Shown here: one piece after another, positions 41,788 through 52,378 of the stretch
How the letters are laid out: each line of letters begins with the position of its first letter
Numbering within the stretch: position 1 is the stretch's first letter
Source: Candidatus Moanibacter sp.
GTDB lineage: Bacteria > Verrucomicrobiota > Verrucomicrobiia > Opitutales > UBA2987
NCBI GenBank assembly: GCA_965215885.1
Contig: CBDCEW010000101.1
Span: 115,569 to 179,568, forward strand
DNA length: 64,000 nt
Reading direction: 5' to 3'
Notes under the pieces: model-generated
What the model was told of the DNA's origin: nothing
The model's input: only the letters and a program-made list of their open reading frames with translations
The model's database searches: none
Translations under genes and position numbers: made by a program

Positions 41788-42639
41788 TCAAGCTTGTCCG
41801 GATTTTTCGGAGTAGATTTCCCAGTGTTTTTGAATTTCGACTGGCGCCAACGGACCGTTGTGCAGAATCATACGATATCGGTGGCGAAGAGCTTCTCCGG
41901 CTGTCAAATCGATGGGACCCGGGATGCAAGGTGCAGGATTGATACCTCTCTGGCCATCGACGCGCCAGTGCGCCGGATGGCGGGGATTGTCCCGATGATC
42001 GAGCAGGGAGATGCCGGCGCTCACATCACCTCTGTTCACAGGCATGAACAGATCGACCCAGGCAGCGGGCTGCTGTTCGGTGGCGTCGTCGTGCAGTCCC
42101 GTCGAACTGACAACGTTTGCCCCGCGCTCATCGCGATAGGGCATCCGGATGAAGAGCCCGCCGTAGGTACCCTGATCGATGTGCAAGTCTTGAATTGCCT
42201 GCAAGGTCCAGTCCAGGTCTAAGTAGAGCAGGTCGTCCGCAGGATGAAGTGACCAGGTCTGCTGCTCCCTTAGAAGATCGGTCCCTTTGTCGTGGCGCCA
42301 TATCGCTTCAATTGTCCAGCAAGGTGTGTTGTTACTCGCTATGCGGGGCACCTTCGGATCGATAGTTCCGATGATGGCATTAGCGCGCTGCCCCGGATCG
42401 AACCAGAAGTCGCATCCGTTAACACCGTGGAACCCCGTCTGGATGCCGTGCTGCCAGGGGTGGTGCCATGGGCTGTCTTCCGTGAGGCATGTTTGGCCGT
42501 CCGGACCACGCAGGGGATGAATGTAAGGGCGAAGTCCGTGGCGGGCGTTGTGTTGAAGGACAATTCGGCCCGATTCCGCTTCATCGATGAAAAGGCAGCC
42601 GTTGTCGATGCGTATGTTCCAGCGAGTGGTAGTTGACAT
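41788..42639 (-). CDS. PmoA-family/DUF6807-like protein of unknown function (not methane monooxygenase)
   Basis: RPYIHPL, DSPWHHPWQHG, YGGLFIRM, DHRDNPRHP. Confidence 0.75.
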   Translation of the reverse strand: MSTTTRWNIRIDNGCLFIDEAESGRIVLQHNARHGLRPYIHPLRGPDGQTCLTEDSPWHHPWQHGIQTGFHGVNGCDFWFDPGQRANAIIGTIDPKVPRIASNNTPCWTIEAIWRHDKGTDLLREQQTWSLHPADDLLYLDLDWTLQAIQDLHIDQGTYGGLFIRMPYRDERGANVVSSTGLHDDATEQQPAAWVDLFMPVNRGDVSAGISLLDHRDNPRHPAHWRVDGQRGINPAPCIPGPIDLTAGEALRHRYRMILHNGPLAPVEIQKHWEIYSEKSGQA

Positions 42640-42671
42640 GGTTAATGGAACGATTTGGTCGATGGAAGCGG

Positions 42672-44038
42672 TCAGCTATCGGCAGAATGGCATTGTCTCG
42701 TATCGATGGAAGGAAAGGTGTCACTGGCTTTTGAACAATACTCCTGCAGATAGGCCCGGTGCTGTTTCAGGATATTGAAATAGTCCGTGTTTCTCGCCAG
42801 GTTTAGGGTCTCGCCGGGGTCATGTTCCATGTCTACAAGGGATTCGCGATGACCACCCCTGTTGTAGATGCAATACTTGAATCTCTCGCTACGGACCATT
42901 CGGCCATCGACATGCGGAATCATTCCGTCGATTGCCGCCCCCTGGACAAACTGGGTCTCGCACACAATCCAATCCCGTTCAGCAGTTCTTCCGCGTCCCA
43001 GGGTGACATCGAGTGCGCTAATTCCCGGTAATTCAGAGGGGATACCGATCCCAGCTATGTCACACAGCGTGGGGATCAGGTCAATGCCGGTTTGCACAAT
43101 TTGACTGGATAGACTCGATCCTGCTCTCTCGGGATGGGATACAATGAAGGGTACACGAGAGGATTCATCGTAGAAAACGGTCTTCTGATTCCAGCAATGT
43201 GCACCCTGAGCGTCACCGTGGTCGGAGAGAAAAAGAATCACAGTATTTCCCTTCTGACCGGCCGTCTCCAGACTGCTCAACAATCGCCCAATTTTCTCAT
43301 CGACGATCTCGACCATTCTGTAATAGGCCCACAGATACTCTCTCCATTCTCTCTCCCCGAAATCACCAACCGGGAAGGTGGTGCTCGCTTGGTAGGAGCG
43401 ACGCAACAGAGTTATCGCCTCCGTCTCGTCGTTTTCCGGGAGATGATTGTGTTTAAGAGGGGGACACTTCTCAATAGGCGGCGGTGAGTCGAGTTTTCCG
43501 TCCGGAAGCGCCCCTCTCTCGCCGCGACCCCACTCACAGATGTTGTGTGGGTTGTTGTAGGAGGCGACGAGAAAGAATGGCGCATCTCGCGGCATTTTCA
43601 GAAAGCGAATGGCCTCATGGCCTCATCCAAATTGTGGAGATCCGCCCCGTTGTTGCGGATGTTGGCACAATATCGGAAGCCGTGTGTTTCAGGGTCTTCA
43701 ATGGGATACGGCACGTGCCATTTTCCAACGTAACCTGTGTCGTATCCCGCATCCCTGAAGATTCTGCCCAGGCCAGGGAACGCCGATAGATCCTTCGATC
43801 GGTCGGCGTTTGACAGCACACCGGTCTCATGCGGGTAGCGTCCTGTAAGCATCGAAGTGCGGGAGGGGACGCAAAGAGGGTGAGGACAATAAGCCCGGGT
43901 AAAGAGCATCCCATTCGCTGCCAAACTGTCCATTGCCGGTGTCGTGATGTAGTCGCTTCCAATGCGGCAACTCATCGCGTCGGAAGATTGCTGATCAGTC
44001 ATGATCAAAAGTATGTTTGGACTTTTGCTGTTAGCCAT
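42672..44038 (-). pseudogene. Sulfatase split by an 8-bp tandem duplication
   Basis: PNILLIMTDQ, CVPSR, GKWH, SDHG. ggcctcat is duplicated at 43611-43626; removing one copy restores LDEAIRFLKMPRDAPFFL. Confidence 0.88.
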
Positions 44039-44090
44039 GCGCTACATTTGATTCCGTGCCTAGAGGCCCCGATCCACCACTGACGGCGTC

Positions 44091-44945
44091 CTAACAGGTT
44101 ACGTCCTTGCCTTCGCTCCCGAACACCTCCAGGCGATCGTCTGTGGAAGTCTCCTCAACCCCATCCGGGATAAAATGGAGTTGGAGCGATCGGCGGCTGC
44201 AATCTGACAGATTGGCTGGGGTGCCGTGATGAAGGAGACCGTGCCAGAACAGAATTCCCCCGGGCTTTAGAGGCACTGCGACGACCCGGGTACGCGCAAT
44301 ATGGGTGTCGCAGAGCTGCCAGTCTCTTCGCCGGAAGTGCACGACGGGCCCCTCTCGGTGGCTACCCGGGATAACATGCATACAACCGTTTTCTGGTGTA
44401 GCTTCATCGAGGGCGATCCACACGCTCACGATACAGGTGCCCATCGGGAGGTTGAAGTAGGCATGATCCTGATGCCACGGCTTCTCGCGGCCAATACGCG
44501 CCGGCTTTTGCATTGCCTGGTCTCGATACAGCTTCGGCGACGTCTCGAATATGCGCGCCAAGGTATCCAGAATACCGGAGTTGGCCGCAAAGTGATCCAA
44601 GCGTGTATCATACCCGATGAAACGATTCAGTTTTCGAACCCCTTTGCGGCGTTCCACGCCGGTTCGGGCGGCGAACTCTTTCCGTTTCCCCTTTTCAAAT
44701 TGCGTGTATCGGAACTTCGAATTCTTACCGTCAATCAAATCCGAGACCGCTTTGAGAGCATCTTCCACCTGTGCCCTGGTAAAGACACCGGCGATCGGAA
44801 GGAAGCCGTCCTCGTGAAACCGCGCGATTGCCGAGTCGGTTACGTTTTCAAAGCCGTCCACTCCTTTCGCCACGCTGGCAGATTGGTAGAGGCCGGGATC
44901 GTAGCTCGCGGCTACTTCGGGATCTTCCAGTGCGTTTTCAGCCAT
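44091..44945 (-). CDS. PhyH-family dioxygenase
   Basis: KPWHQDHAYF, VWIALDEATPENGCMHVIPGSH, LLHHGTPAN. Confidence 0.93.
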   Translation of the reverse strand: MAENALEDPEVAASYDPGLYQSASVAKGVDGFENVTDSAIARFHEDGFLPIAGVFTRAQVEDALKAVSDLIDGKNSKFRYTQFEKGKRKEFAARTGVERRKGVRKLNRFIGYDTRLDHFAANSGILDTLARIFETSPKLYRDQAMQKPARIGREKPWHQDHAYFNLPMGTCIVSVWIALDEATPENGCMHVIPGSHREGPVVHFRRRDWQLCDTHIARTRVVAVPLKPGGILFWHGLLHHGTPANLSDCSRRSLQLHFIPDGVEETSTDDRLEVFGSEGKDVTC

Positions 44946-45033
44946 ACTAATCAGGCAACCTCGTGGCAAACCTCACACGGGAATCTTGTCGACAATATTC
45001 AGAATTTCAAATCAAACTTTGAATCTGTTCGGG

Positions 45034-45215
45034 CTAGCCCGAACATTTCACAAACCTTCTACTACGACGACGGATCTCACCGCGTGTCAATGCCTTCCCT
45101 TGCCAGGCGACCTCAGAGGGTCTTAACACACTGTCGCCTGCCGTGCTTCGGAAAGGCATTGACACGCAGCGATCTACGCCGTCTCGCTACGAAGTGTGTG
45201 AAATGTCCGGGCTAG
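45034..45215. mobile_element. 182-bp MITE-like element, copy 2
   Basis: Same length and TIRs as 31366-31547. Confidence 0.85.
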
Positions 45216-45303
45216 GACCGGCAAGCCGGGATCGCACGAATTCTGGTGCTTGCCGGGCTCGATGAAAACAAGCACGCTCAGTGAGTCCGATGAGCCTTGC
45301 GGG

Positions 45304-46872
45304 TTAGATGGCTCCGCCGCTCATCTGCTGGACTATGTACTCAGCCTGTCGGATGGCGAGCGCAACGATAGTCAGAGTTGGATTCTCTGCGCCCCCCGTC
45401 GTAAATTGACTTCCGTCTGAGATAAAAAGCCCGGGGAGGTCATGTGTTTGCCCAAACTTATTGGCCACCCCATCCTCTGCCCGCGCACTCAAACGACAGG
45501 TGCCGAGATTGTGCGTCGACGGATAAGGCGGCACTCGATGGGTGGTCTTCGCTCCGGCGGCGACGTAAACCGCGCGGCCTCTCTCATAGGCATGCTCACG
45601 CATGGCGACATCATTGGGATGATCCGTAAACGCGACGTCGGGAGCCGGTAGGCCGTATTGGTCCTTTTCTTCCTGGTGCAAGCTGATGCGGTTCGACTCC
45701 TGGGGCATATCCTCACCTACCAGCCACATACCCGCCATAGTGCGATAGTTGTCGATCGCTTCTGTGAATTTCGGTCCCCAGCCACCCGGGTCAAGGAACG
45801 CCGCCATGAATGGCAACCCAAGAGAAAGCGTCTCCATTTCATAACCACCGACAAAGCCGCGGTTTGGATCATTGATCGACTCATCTTCGATGATTCCGGC
45901 CATTGTTGTGCCCCGCCACATATGCACTGGTTTTCCGAATACGCCAAATACAGATCCCGTTGTGTGACGCATATAGTTCCGCCCCACCTGACCCGATGAG
46001 TTGGCAAGACCGTCTGGATAGATGCTGCTGGCCGAATTGAGTAGCAGTCTTGGCGTTTCAATGGAATTTCCGGCAACGCAGACAGTACGGGCTTTCTGGA
46101 CGTGTTGCCTCCCATCGCTGTCCGCGTAGAGAACCCCCGTCACTTTGCCTGATCTGTCATTTTGAATCTGAAGAGCCTGGGCTTCACTACGGAGCTCGAG
46201 CTTGCCCGTCGCTTCGGCTTTGGGAATCTCGGTGTAAAGCGTCGACCACTTGGCGCCCGATTTGCAACCCTGGAAGCAAAAACCAAGCTGCAGGCACGGT
46301 GGACGCCTGTCGCGCGCGCGACTATTGATCGCCATGCGGCCAGTGTGACATTTCTTATAGCCCAGTTTGGCGGCGCCGGCATACATGACCTTGAAGTTGT
46401 TGGACCCGGGCAAACCCGGGATTCCGTTGGTCCGCGTCACCCCCATTTTGGCTTCGGCCCTGGCATAGTAGGGCTCCAGTTCTCGCAAGTTCAGGGGCCA
46501 GTCCAGGAGATTCGCCCCCGGGATCTCTCCGTATTCCGACTTGACTCTGAATTCGTGCGCTTGCAGCCGCAGACTGGCACCCGCCCAATGTACTGTAGAT
46601 CCCCCAACGGTCTTGCAAATCCACGCGGGCAATCCGGGAAAGTCTTTGCTTACTCGCCAGCCGCCCGAGGTTGTCCGCTTGTCGAGCCAGGATAACTGAC
46701 TGAACGCGGCCCATTCGTCATTGACGAATGTCGCTGGCGACTCCCGCTTCCCCGCTTCGAGGAGAACGACCTTGATCCCCTTCAGGCACAGCTCGTTGGA
46801 GAGCGTGCCGCCGCCCGCCCCGGAGCCAACAACGACAACGACGCTGTCATCTTTTAACGGGTACTTTCTCAT
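45304..46872 (-). CDS. GMC-family flavoprotein oxidoreductase
   Basis: VVGSGAGG, VGGSTVHW, CLQLGFCFQGC, ETPRLLLNS, HNLGTCR, ENPTLTIVALA. Confidence 0.93.
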   Translation of the reverse strand: MRKYPLKDDSVVVVVGSGAGGGTLSNELCLKGIKVVLLEAGKRESPATFVNDEWAAFSQLSWLDKRTTSGGWRVSKDFPGLPAWICKTVGGSTVHWAGASLRLQAHEFRVKSEYGEIPGANLLDWPLNLRELEPYYARAEAKMGVTRTNGIPGLPGSNNFKVMYAGAAKLGYKKCHTGRMAINSRARDRRPPCLQLGFCFQGCKSGAKWSTLYTEIPKAEATGKLELRSEAQALQIQNDRSGKVTGVLYADSDGRQHVQKARTVCVAGNSIETPRLLLNSASSIYPDGLANSSGQVGRNYMRHTTGSVFGVFGKPVHMWRGTTMAGIIEDESINDPNRGFVGGYEMETLSLGLPFMAAFLDPGGWGPKFTEAIDNYRTMAGMWLVGEDMPQESNRISLHQEEKDQYGLPAPDVAFTDHPNDVAMREHAYERGRAVYVAAGAKTTHRVPPYPSTHNLGTCRLSARAEDGVANKFGQTHDLPGLFISDGSQFTTGGAENPTLTIVALAIRQAEYIVQQMSGGAI

Positions 46873-46874
46873 AG

Positions 46875-47447
46875 TTAATCTTCGTTAGGCGGGCTAGCTT
46901 CTACAGGTGGATCGGGCAACCACTGCAGATCTTGAAAACCGCGGTTCAGATATCCCCCTTTTGGCCAGGATGGTCCTTCGTATCCGAAGTGCGCCCATGC
47001 CATGTCATTGTTGTAAAGCGAAACGACTGCCGTGCCGCGGATTTTCTCGAAGAAAGGAGTATCCTGTATCGCAGCTACCAGCTCGGCCTGCCGTTCTGTG
47101 CTGGCGGTGTGCCAATCTCCCTTCGCCAGTCTGTTCAATTCGGCTGCGCCCTCTGCCAACATTCCCGCCAGAGCCTCGTCGTCTGCCGCCGCCGCATCAA
47201 GGTCCTTCACGACTAATGCATAGACTGCATCGTCCAGAGCCTCGTGAGGGAAGATTTGGCGTGCCACCTTGAGCAGGATCCGGCCGACACTTGGGGAGAG
47301 CGTGGTCAGCTCCAGAGCCCAGGTCGTGCTGGGGGCTAAGCCCTTTAGTACGCCGGAACCTGCTGCCAGAGTCCCCACCAGCATGGTACCGCTTGTCTTG
47401 ATGAAATCACGGCGAGTGAATTTTAGAAGGCGGGTCTTCTGGAGCAT
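46875..47447 (-). CDS. Tat-signal partner subunit (gluconate 2-dehydrogenase subunit 3-like)
   Basis: TRRDFIK twin-arginine motif; WAHFGYEG; ends 2 nt before the GMC gene. Confidence 0.85.
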   Translation of the reverse strand: MLQKTRLLKFTRRDFIKTSGTMLVGTLAAGSGVLKGLAPSTTWALELTTLSPSVGRILLKVARQIFPHEALDDAVYALVVKDLDAAAADDEALAGMLAEGAAELNRLAKGDWHTASTERQAELVAAIQDTPFFEKIRGTAVVSLYNNDMAWAHFGYEGPSWPKGGYLNRGFQDLQWLPDPPVEASPPNED

Positions 47448-47753
47448 TGGTTTACTATTTGACGAAAAAGAACCTTGGTGTAAAGACGGCACAATCAGCC
47501 ATTGATACCTTCCTGGGTTTCTTCAGCGTTGAATACGCTTCTTATCGAGGACAGAGAGGTGTCCCATAGCGGCACTTGTGCTCTTGAAGCAAAAGTGTGA
47601 CTCAAGGGATTTCGAGACAGAATTTTCGGTCTGAAGGCGATAGATTTTTATCGCATATTCGAGTATGCAGTTGATACGCTGTGTTTTGATGGGTAGCGGG
47701 ACAGGAACGGCCGTTGAAGCACTTGCCACCGATTTCGGTGTATAAGGTTAGAA

Positions 47754-49715
47754 ATGGTCGACCATAGAGGTATTCTTTCCCGGGGAGTGCTCCGGTTGTC
47801 AGCCGATATACGTGAAGGCCCTGAGGAGGCGGAAGCGTTGATTATCAAGAATGATCCGGCCAAGACTTATATGACCGTTTCCTCGAATCAATGGGCGATT
47901 CTTCAGCGTTTTAAAGGTGGTAACTCGGCTTCCAAAATCCTGCCTGAGCTGATTCAGAATCGTAGGTGTCCGGCGCTCAAGGAGTTCTATGAACTGATTC
48001 TGAAAGGGCGGAAGGAAAAGATGCTGGAACCGACCTGGGAGGAACCGGAGAGTGCTTTCACTCGAGCCATGAATTGGCGGTGGAAAGTGACGTTCAACGG
48101 AGCGGTTGGAATTGGGTTTTTCTGTTTCTTTTTTGGAATTGCCGGGCTCAGTTACAATTACGCAGTCGATTTGCCGAAGGGTATTAACCAGATTGTGGTG
48201 GGGTACCTTCTGGTGATTCTTGCCCTCAGTTTCGGGCAAGTGATGGCTGCGTGCGTTCTGCGTGGTTATGAATGTGAAGTCTATCGACCTTACCTGGATT
48301 GGAAGACACTGTTGCCGCATTTCCGATTTGATCTGGATGACGCCGTTATGGGTGGACGGTTTTGTCGGATTGCGGTTGGCCTACTGCGGATGGCGCCGCT
48401 GTTTCTATTGACCGGAATATGCGCGTTCTCATTTCCAGATTTCGAGTTTCTCCTGATGATTGCGATACTCTGGGCGGTTTCACCTTTTGGTGATACGCCG
48501 TCGACACAAATTATCCGAGCGCTATTCGACGAGATGCATCTTTCGACGGACCGGGATTATCTATTCGAAGAGAATCGCAGGTTCCGCGAACGGTTACATC
48601 GCCCTCTTCGATTTACTAACGGGGTCTACAATCTGATATTCACGTTTTACTCACTTTCGTGGCTGGCTTCAATTTTCACGTGGGCCGTATTTTCGTTTGA
48701 ACTGGAAACGGTGGCTCTGGTAGGCGAGATCGTTCAGTTTGCGCTGCGAAGAGACGTGTTGACGACGGAAATCGTGATATTGAGCCTTGTTGTTCTGGGG
48801 TTTGCCTCCTATTTTTGTCTCAATGATTTTATTCGTTCGTTCAAGCGCATGCAGGAGCGGCGACGGAAGTTCGCGACCGCACCCATAAAGGCGCGACGCG
48901 ATCTCGAAATCCCTAAGGAAGAGATTGAGAAACTGCTGAGTGACAGCCTCTTGTTTGGCGAATTGACGCCTCCTGTCATTTCCGAGATTGCAGACCGCGT
49001 AGAGCGTGTTCTGGTGAAGCGCGGCCAATATCTCCTGCGCGAGGGTGAGGCGGATGCGGACCGGCTATTTATTGTATTTTCGGGTCGTGTCGAGGTACTA
49101 CGGGAACTCAAGACAGGAAGGATGGAGAAAGTCTCCGCGCTCGGACGGGCCGATGTGTTTGGTGAGGTGGCTCTCATTCACCACGTGCCGAGGAATCGGT
49201 CGGTCCGCGCCACGAAGCCGAGCATACTTCTGACGATCGACGAGGATACTTTTAGAGCTGCCGTTCTTGAGTACATGGACTTCAAGAAAGTCGAAGAGAT
49301 CGTCCAGAAGCGCGCCTTTCTCCATCGCATACCATTATGTTGGGAATGGGAACGCAATGCAATCAAGAGACTCGCTGAACTCTCGTTCGTGACGGGGTAT
49401 CGTCCCGGCTACAAGGTGGTAGATGAAGGCACGTTTAACCAGTTTTTCTATATCGTATACGAGGGCGTCTTTAACGTCGAAAGGAAGGGAAAGCGGGTTG
49501 CTCGACTGAATGGAGGTGACTTCTTCGGCGAGATAAGCATACTCGAGAACAGTGTTTCGGTGGCAGACGTGGTGGCTGACCGGAAGTGCCGTTGTGTCGG
49601 TATTCACTGCAATGACTTTCTTCGATTTCTCGCAGAGGATTATCGAGTGGCTCTCTATTTCGAGCGGATCAGTTCGAAGCGATTGAAACACCCGATCTTT
49701 CCGTTAAAGAATTAG
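47754..49715 (+). CDS. Membrane protein with two C-terminal cyclic-nucleotide-binding domains
   Basis: Several hydrophobic helices, then DVFGEVALIHHVPRNRSVRA and DFFGEISILENSVSVADVVA. Confidence 0.85.
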   Translation: MVDHRGILSRGVLRLSADIREGPEEAEALIIKNDPAKTYMTVSSNQWAILQRFKGGNSASKILPELIQNRRCPALKEFYELILKGRKEKMLEPTWEEPESAFTRAMNWRWKVTFNGAVGIGFFCFFFGIAGLSYNYAVDLPKGINQIVVGYLLVILALSFGQVMAACVLRGYECEVYRPYLDWKTLLPHFRFDLDDAVMGGRFCRIAVGLLRMAPLFLLTGICAFSFPDFEFLLMIAILWAVSPFGDTPSTQIIRALFDEMHLSTDRDYLFEENRRFRERLHRPLRFTNGVYNLIFTFYSLSWLASIFTWAVFSFELETVALVGEIVQFALRRDVLTTEIVILSLVVLGFASYFCLNDFIRSFKRMQERRRKFATAPIKARRDLEIPKEEIEKLLSDSLLFGELTPPVISEIADRVERVLVKRGQYLLREGEADADRLFIVFSGRVEVLRELKTGRMEKVSALGRADVFGEVALIHHVPRNRSVRATKPSILLTIDEDTFRAAVLEYMDFKKVEEIVQKRAFLHRIPLCWEWERNAIKRLAELSFVTGYRPGYKVVDEGTFNQFFYIVYEGVFNVERKGKRVARLNGGDFFGEISILENSVSVADVVADRKCRCVGIHCNDFLRFLAEDYRVALYFERISSKRLKHPIFPLKN

Positions 49716-50000
49716 TTGGGCCGTTTCGCTCAGAACAAAACAGATCGATGGCATGCCGACCTGTATGGACTCGCCGAAACGAGTTTCCGCCTCGAGCAAC
49801 CGTCTCTTCTGAGGGCAAGGAAGACGGATAATAACAATTCTAAGAACCGTTATTATTCACTTGATCCTTCCAATTGAAGAGTAGAATTTTACACGAGATT
49901 AGAAGAATTTTCATAATTCTTTGACTATGTTTAGAACTGACATCCTGGGGGGTATGCCCTAGGCTCTTTCAAAAATAAACTGAACAACAGGAATTGTAAG

Positions 50001-50483
50001 ATGAAAGAGAAAAGTGAAACCGAGGAGAATGAAAACCTGGAACAGAAAAAACGGTTTTCGGCGATTGATTATCTGCTGGTAGCAGGAGTTTTTGCAGCCG
50101 TGATAGCGGGGGGCACCATTTTCGCGCGAGACGTCAACGAGTTATCCGAGAGCGCGAAGATGGAGAAATTTGCGCTGGCGGCATTGGACGCGGAGAATCT
50201 TCACCTACGATCTCTCGGCTGGAATGAATTTGAAGAGCTCCATCCTTCGGGGGAGTTTGAAGCGAGAGATCCGGATCCGAATACTTCCTTAGATGGCTAT
50301 AGCATTCAAAGGGTCATCTCGCCAAGAGGAGAAACGCAGAAGGAGGTTCGGCTCACAGTAACCTGGTCGGGGCCGAATGAGTTGGTGGAGAATCAGCGGC
50401 AATCGATCGCCTATTTCAGCAAGGGCGGTGGCTACCACCCGCTAATCACACCCGACGGCCCCACGAATCTGTCTATCTTCTAG
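50001..50483 (+). CDS. Pilin/pseudopilin-like protein with a degenerate prepilin motif
   Basis: KKRFSAIDYLLVAGVFAAVIAGG hydrophobic segment; QKEVRLTVTW. Confidence 0.55.
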   Translation: MKEKSETEENENLEQKKRFSAIDYLLVAGVFAAVIAGGTIFARDVNELSESAKMEKFALAALDAENLHLRSLGWNEFEELHPSGEFEARDPDPNTSLDGYSIQRVISPRGETQKEVRLTVTWSGPNELVENQRQSIAYFSKGGGYHPLITPDGPTNLSIF

Positions 50484-50907
50484 TCCGTAGCGGATCCAGA
50501 CGCGCAGGTCGGGTTCGGAACGTACATCTTGTCTTTCCATGCAATCCCGTCGAGCTGGACTCGAACCTCGTAGAAGGGTGGCTTCGCTGCGCCAGTCGAA
50601 TTCCACTCTAGAATAGAGGTGCCTTCTCGGATAGCTTGCGCATCAGGTAACGCCTTTCCTGACTGGCGACGATATTGGTACGTTCTCTATTGCCTGTAAT
50701 GGGCATGGAGATGTTCCTTACGCGTGGTGCCGCCTTGTTCAATATCAAACTTGCATCCAGCAAAACCATCCTGAGTTGGGCGAAACGCCCCTATTCGACG
50801 CAGCTACTTGTAAGAATCTCGCGATTCGACTTGCGCTTTAATCGTAAACTCAGATCAAATCTGAACCGGACTCACGATCGAGATAAGCGATTTAGATTCC
50901 AATCAGT

Positions 50908-52116
50908 ATGGCAACTAAGACGATCGCCTTAGTCGGCGCCCTTGACACCAAAGGGGCGGAATACGGTTTTGTGCGGGACTCCATCAAGGCGCGCGGACAT
51001 GATGTTCTGCTCATCGATGTCGGAGTGCTGGAGCCGCCGGTTATCGTGCCGGATGTAAACCGGGAGGCGGTTGCGGAAGCGGCCGGCGCCGATATGGCGG
51101 AGCTGGTGGAAGAACGAGACCGGGGCCGTGCGGTGGCGGCGATGAGTGAAGGCGCGGCCGCATTGCTCCCAAGGCTCTATGCCGAGGGAAAGTTTGACGC
51201 GGTCATGGCCATGGGCGGCACCGGCGGCACCTCCGTTGCCTGTGGCGCCATGCGGGCTCTACCCTTAGGTGTTCCCAAGGTTATGGTTTCTACGGCAGCC
51301 GGAACGGATGTATCGGCTTACGTCGGCGTGAAGGACATAGTCATGATCCCCAGCATCGTCGATGTGGCCGGTATCAACAAGATCAGCCGCGAAGTCTTCG
51401 CACGTGCGGCCGGTGCGATTTGCGGGATGGTGGAAACTGATGTACCGGAGGCCGACGACAAGCCCTTGATCACCGCCACAATGTTTGGCAACACGACGCA
51501 GGCCGTTGACCATGCTCGCGAGATACTCGAAAAGGCCGGCTATGAAGTGCTGGTCTTTCATTGCACCGGTACCGGTGGGCGAACCATGGAAAGTCTGATT
51601 GAAGCCGGTCAAATTGTGGGCGTCCTCGACATGACAACGACGGAGTGGGCGGACGAGCTCCTGGGCGGGGTGTTTTCGGCGGGACCGACTCGGCTCGAGG
51701 CCGCGGCCAAAAACGGCGTGCCGGCTATCGTGACACCCGGCTGCCTGGATATGGTAAACTGGTGGGCGCCTGACACCATTCCGGGGAAATTTGAAGGACG
51801 TACCTTCTATCAACACAATCCCAATATCACCCTCATGCGCACAACTGTTGAGGAGTGCCGCCGGCTCGGGGAGATCATGGCTGAAAAACTCAATCAAAGC
51901 ACGGCCGCGGTTACCGTCCTGTTGCCGCTCAAAGGGTTTAGCATGATCGACCTGGAAGGGCAGGATTTCTACTTGCCCGAAGCCAATGCCGCACTTTGTG
52001 AGACCTTGAAATTGAACCTTCGCGACGATATCAGAGTTGTAGAGATGGATTGCGAAATCAATGATCCGGCATTTGCGGCCCGGTGTGCAGAGGAGTTGCT
52101 GGTGAATATTGGTTGA
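50908..52116 (+). CDS. Tm-1-like ATP-binding domain protein (UPF0261)
   Basis: GALDTKGAEY, GGTGGT, LPLGVPKVMVST, SIVDVAGIN, TMFGNTT, VFHCTGTGGRTME. Confidence 0.9.
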   Translation: MATKTIALVGALDTKGAEYGFVRDSIKARGHDVLLIDVGVLEPPVIVPDVNREAVAEAAGADMAELVEERDRGRAVAAMSEGAAALLPRLYAEGKFDAVMAMGGTGGTSVACGAMRALPLGVPKVMVSTAAGTDVSAYVGVKDIVMIPSIVDVAGINKISREVFARAAGAICGMVETDVPEADDKPLITATMFGNTTQAVDHAREILEKAGYEVLVFHCTGTGGRTMESLIEAGQIVGVLDMTTTEWADELLGGVFSAGPTRLEAAAKNGVPAIVTPGCLDMVNWWAPDTIPGKFEGRTFYQHNPNITLMRTTVEECRRLGEIMAEKLNQSTAAVTVLLPLKGFSMIDLEGQDFYLPEANAALCETLKLNLRDDIRVVEMDCEINDPAFAARCAEELLVNIG

Positions 52117-52300
52117 GACTTCAATGTAGATGCCGTTCGACAAGCTCACGGTCTTCGACGGGTTTTCGGACGCGTTATGTCAATGTTTTCAAGCGTGAAA
52201 ATCGAAGATATCGTTCTCGTCCTCGAACATTCGCGAAGATCGAAAAGCTGCCGCTTTTTGTATTCTTTAACGCCGACTGATTCAAACTCGGTTGGTCCGG

Positions 52301-52346
52301 CAATCTGCGCAGTCTCGCTGCGAACTGCGTGAGATGTCCGGGCTAG
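52301..52346. repeat. Right-end remnant of the 182-bp MITE
   Basis: caatctgcgcagtctcgctgcgaactgcgtgagatgtccgggctag matches the last 46 nt of the two full copies. Confidence 0.75.
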
Positions 52347-52378
52347 ACAGTCATATTGAAACTATGAGGTAAGATACT

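Noticed and set aside
41788..42639. Methane monooxygenase subunit
   Set aside because: It is a soluble protein of the misleadingly named PmoA/DUF6807-like family; no pmoB or pmoC is present.
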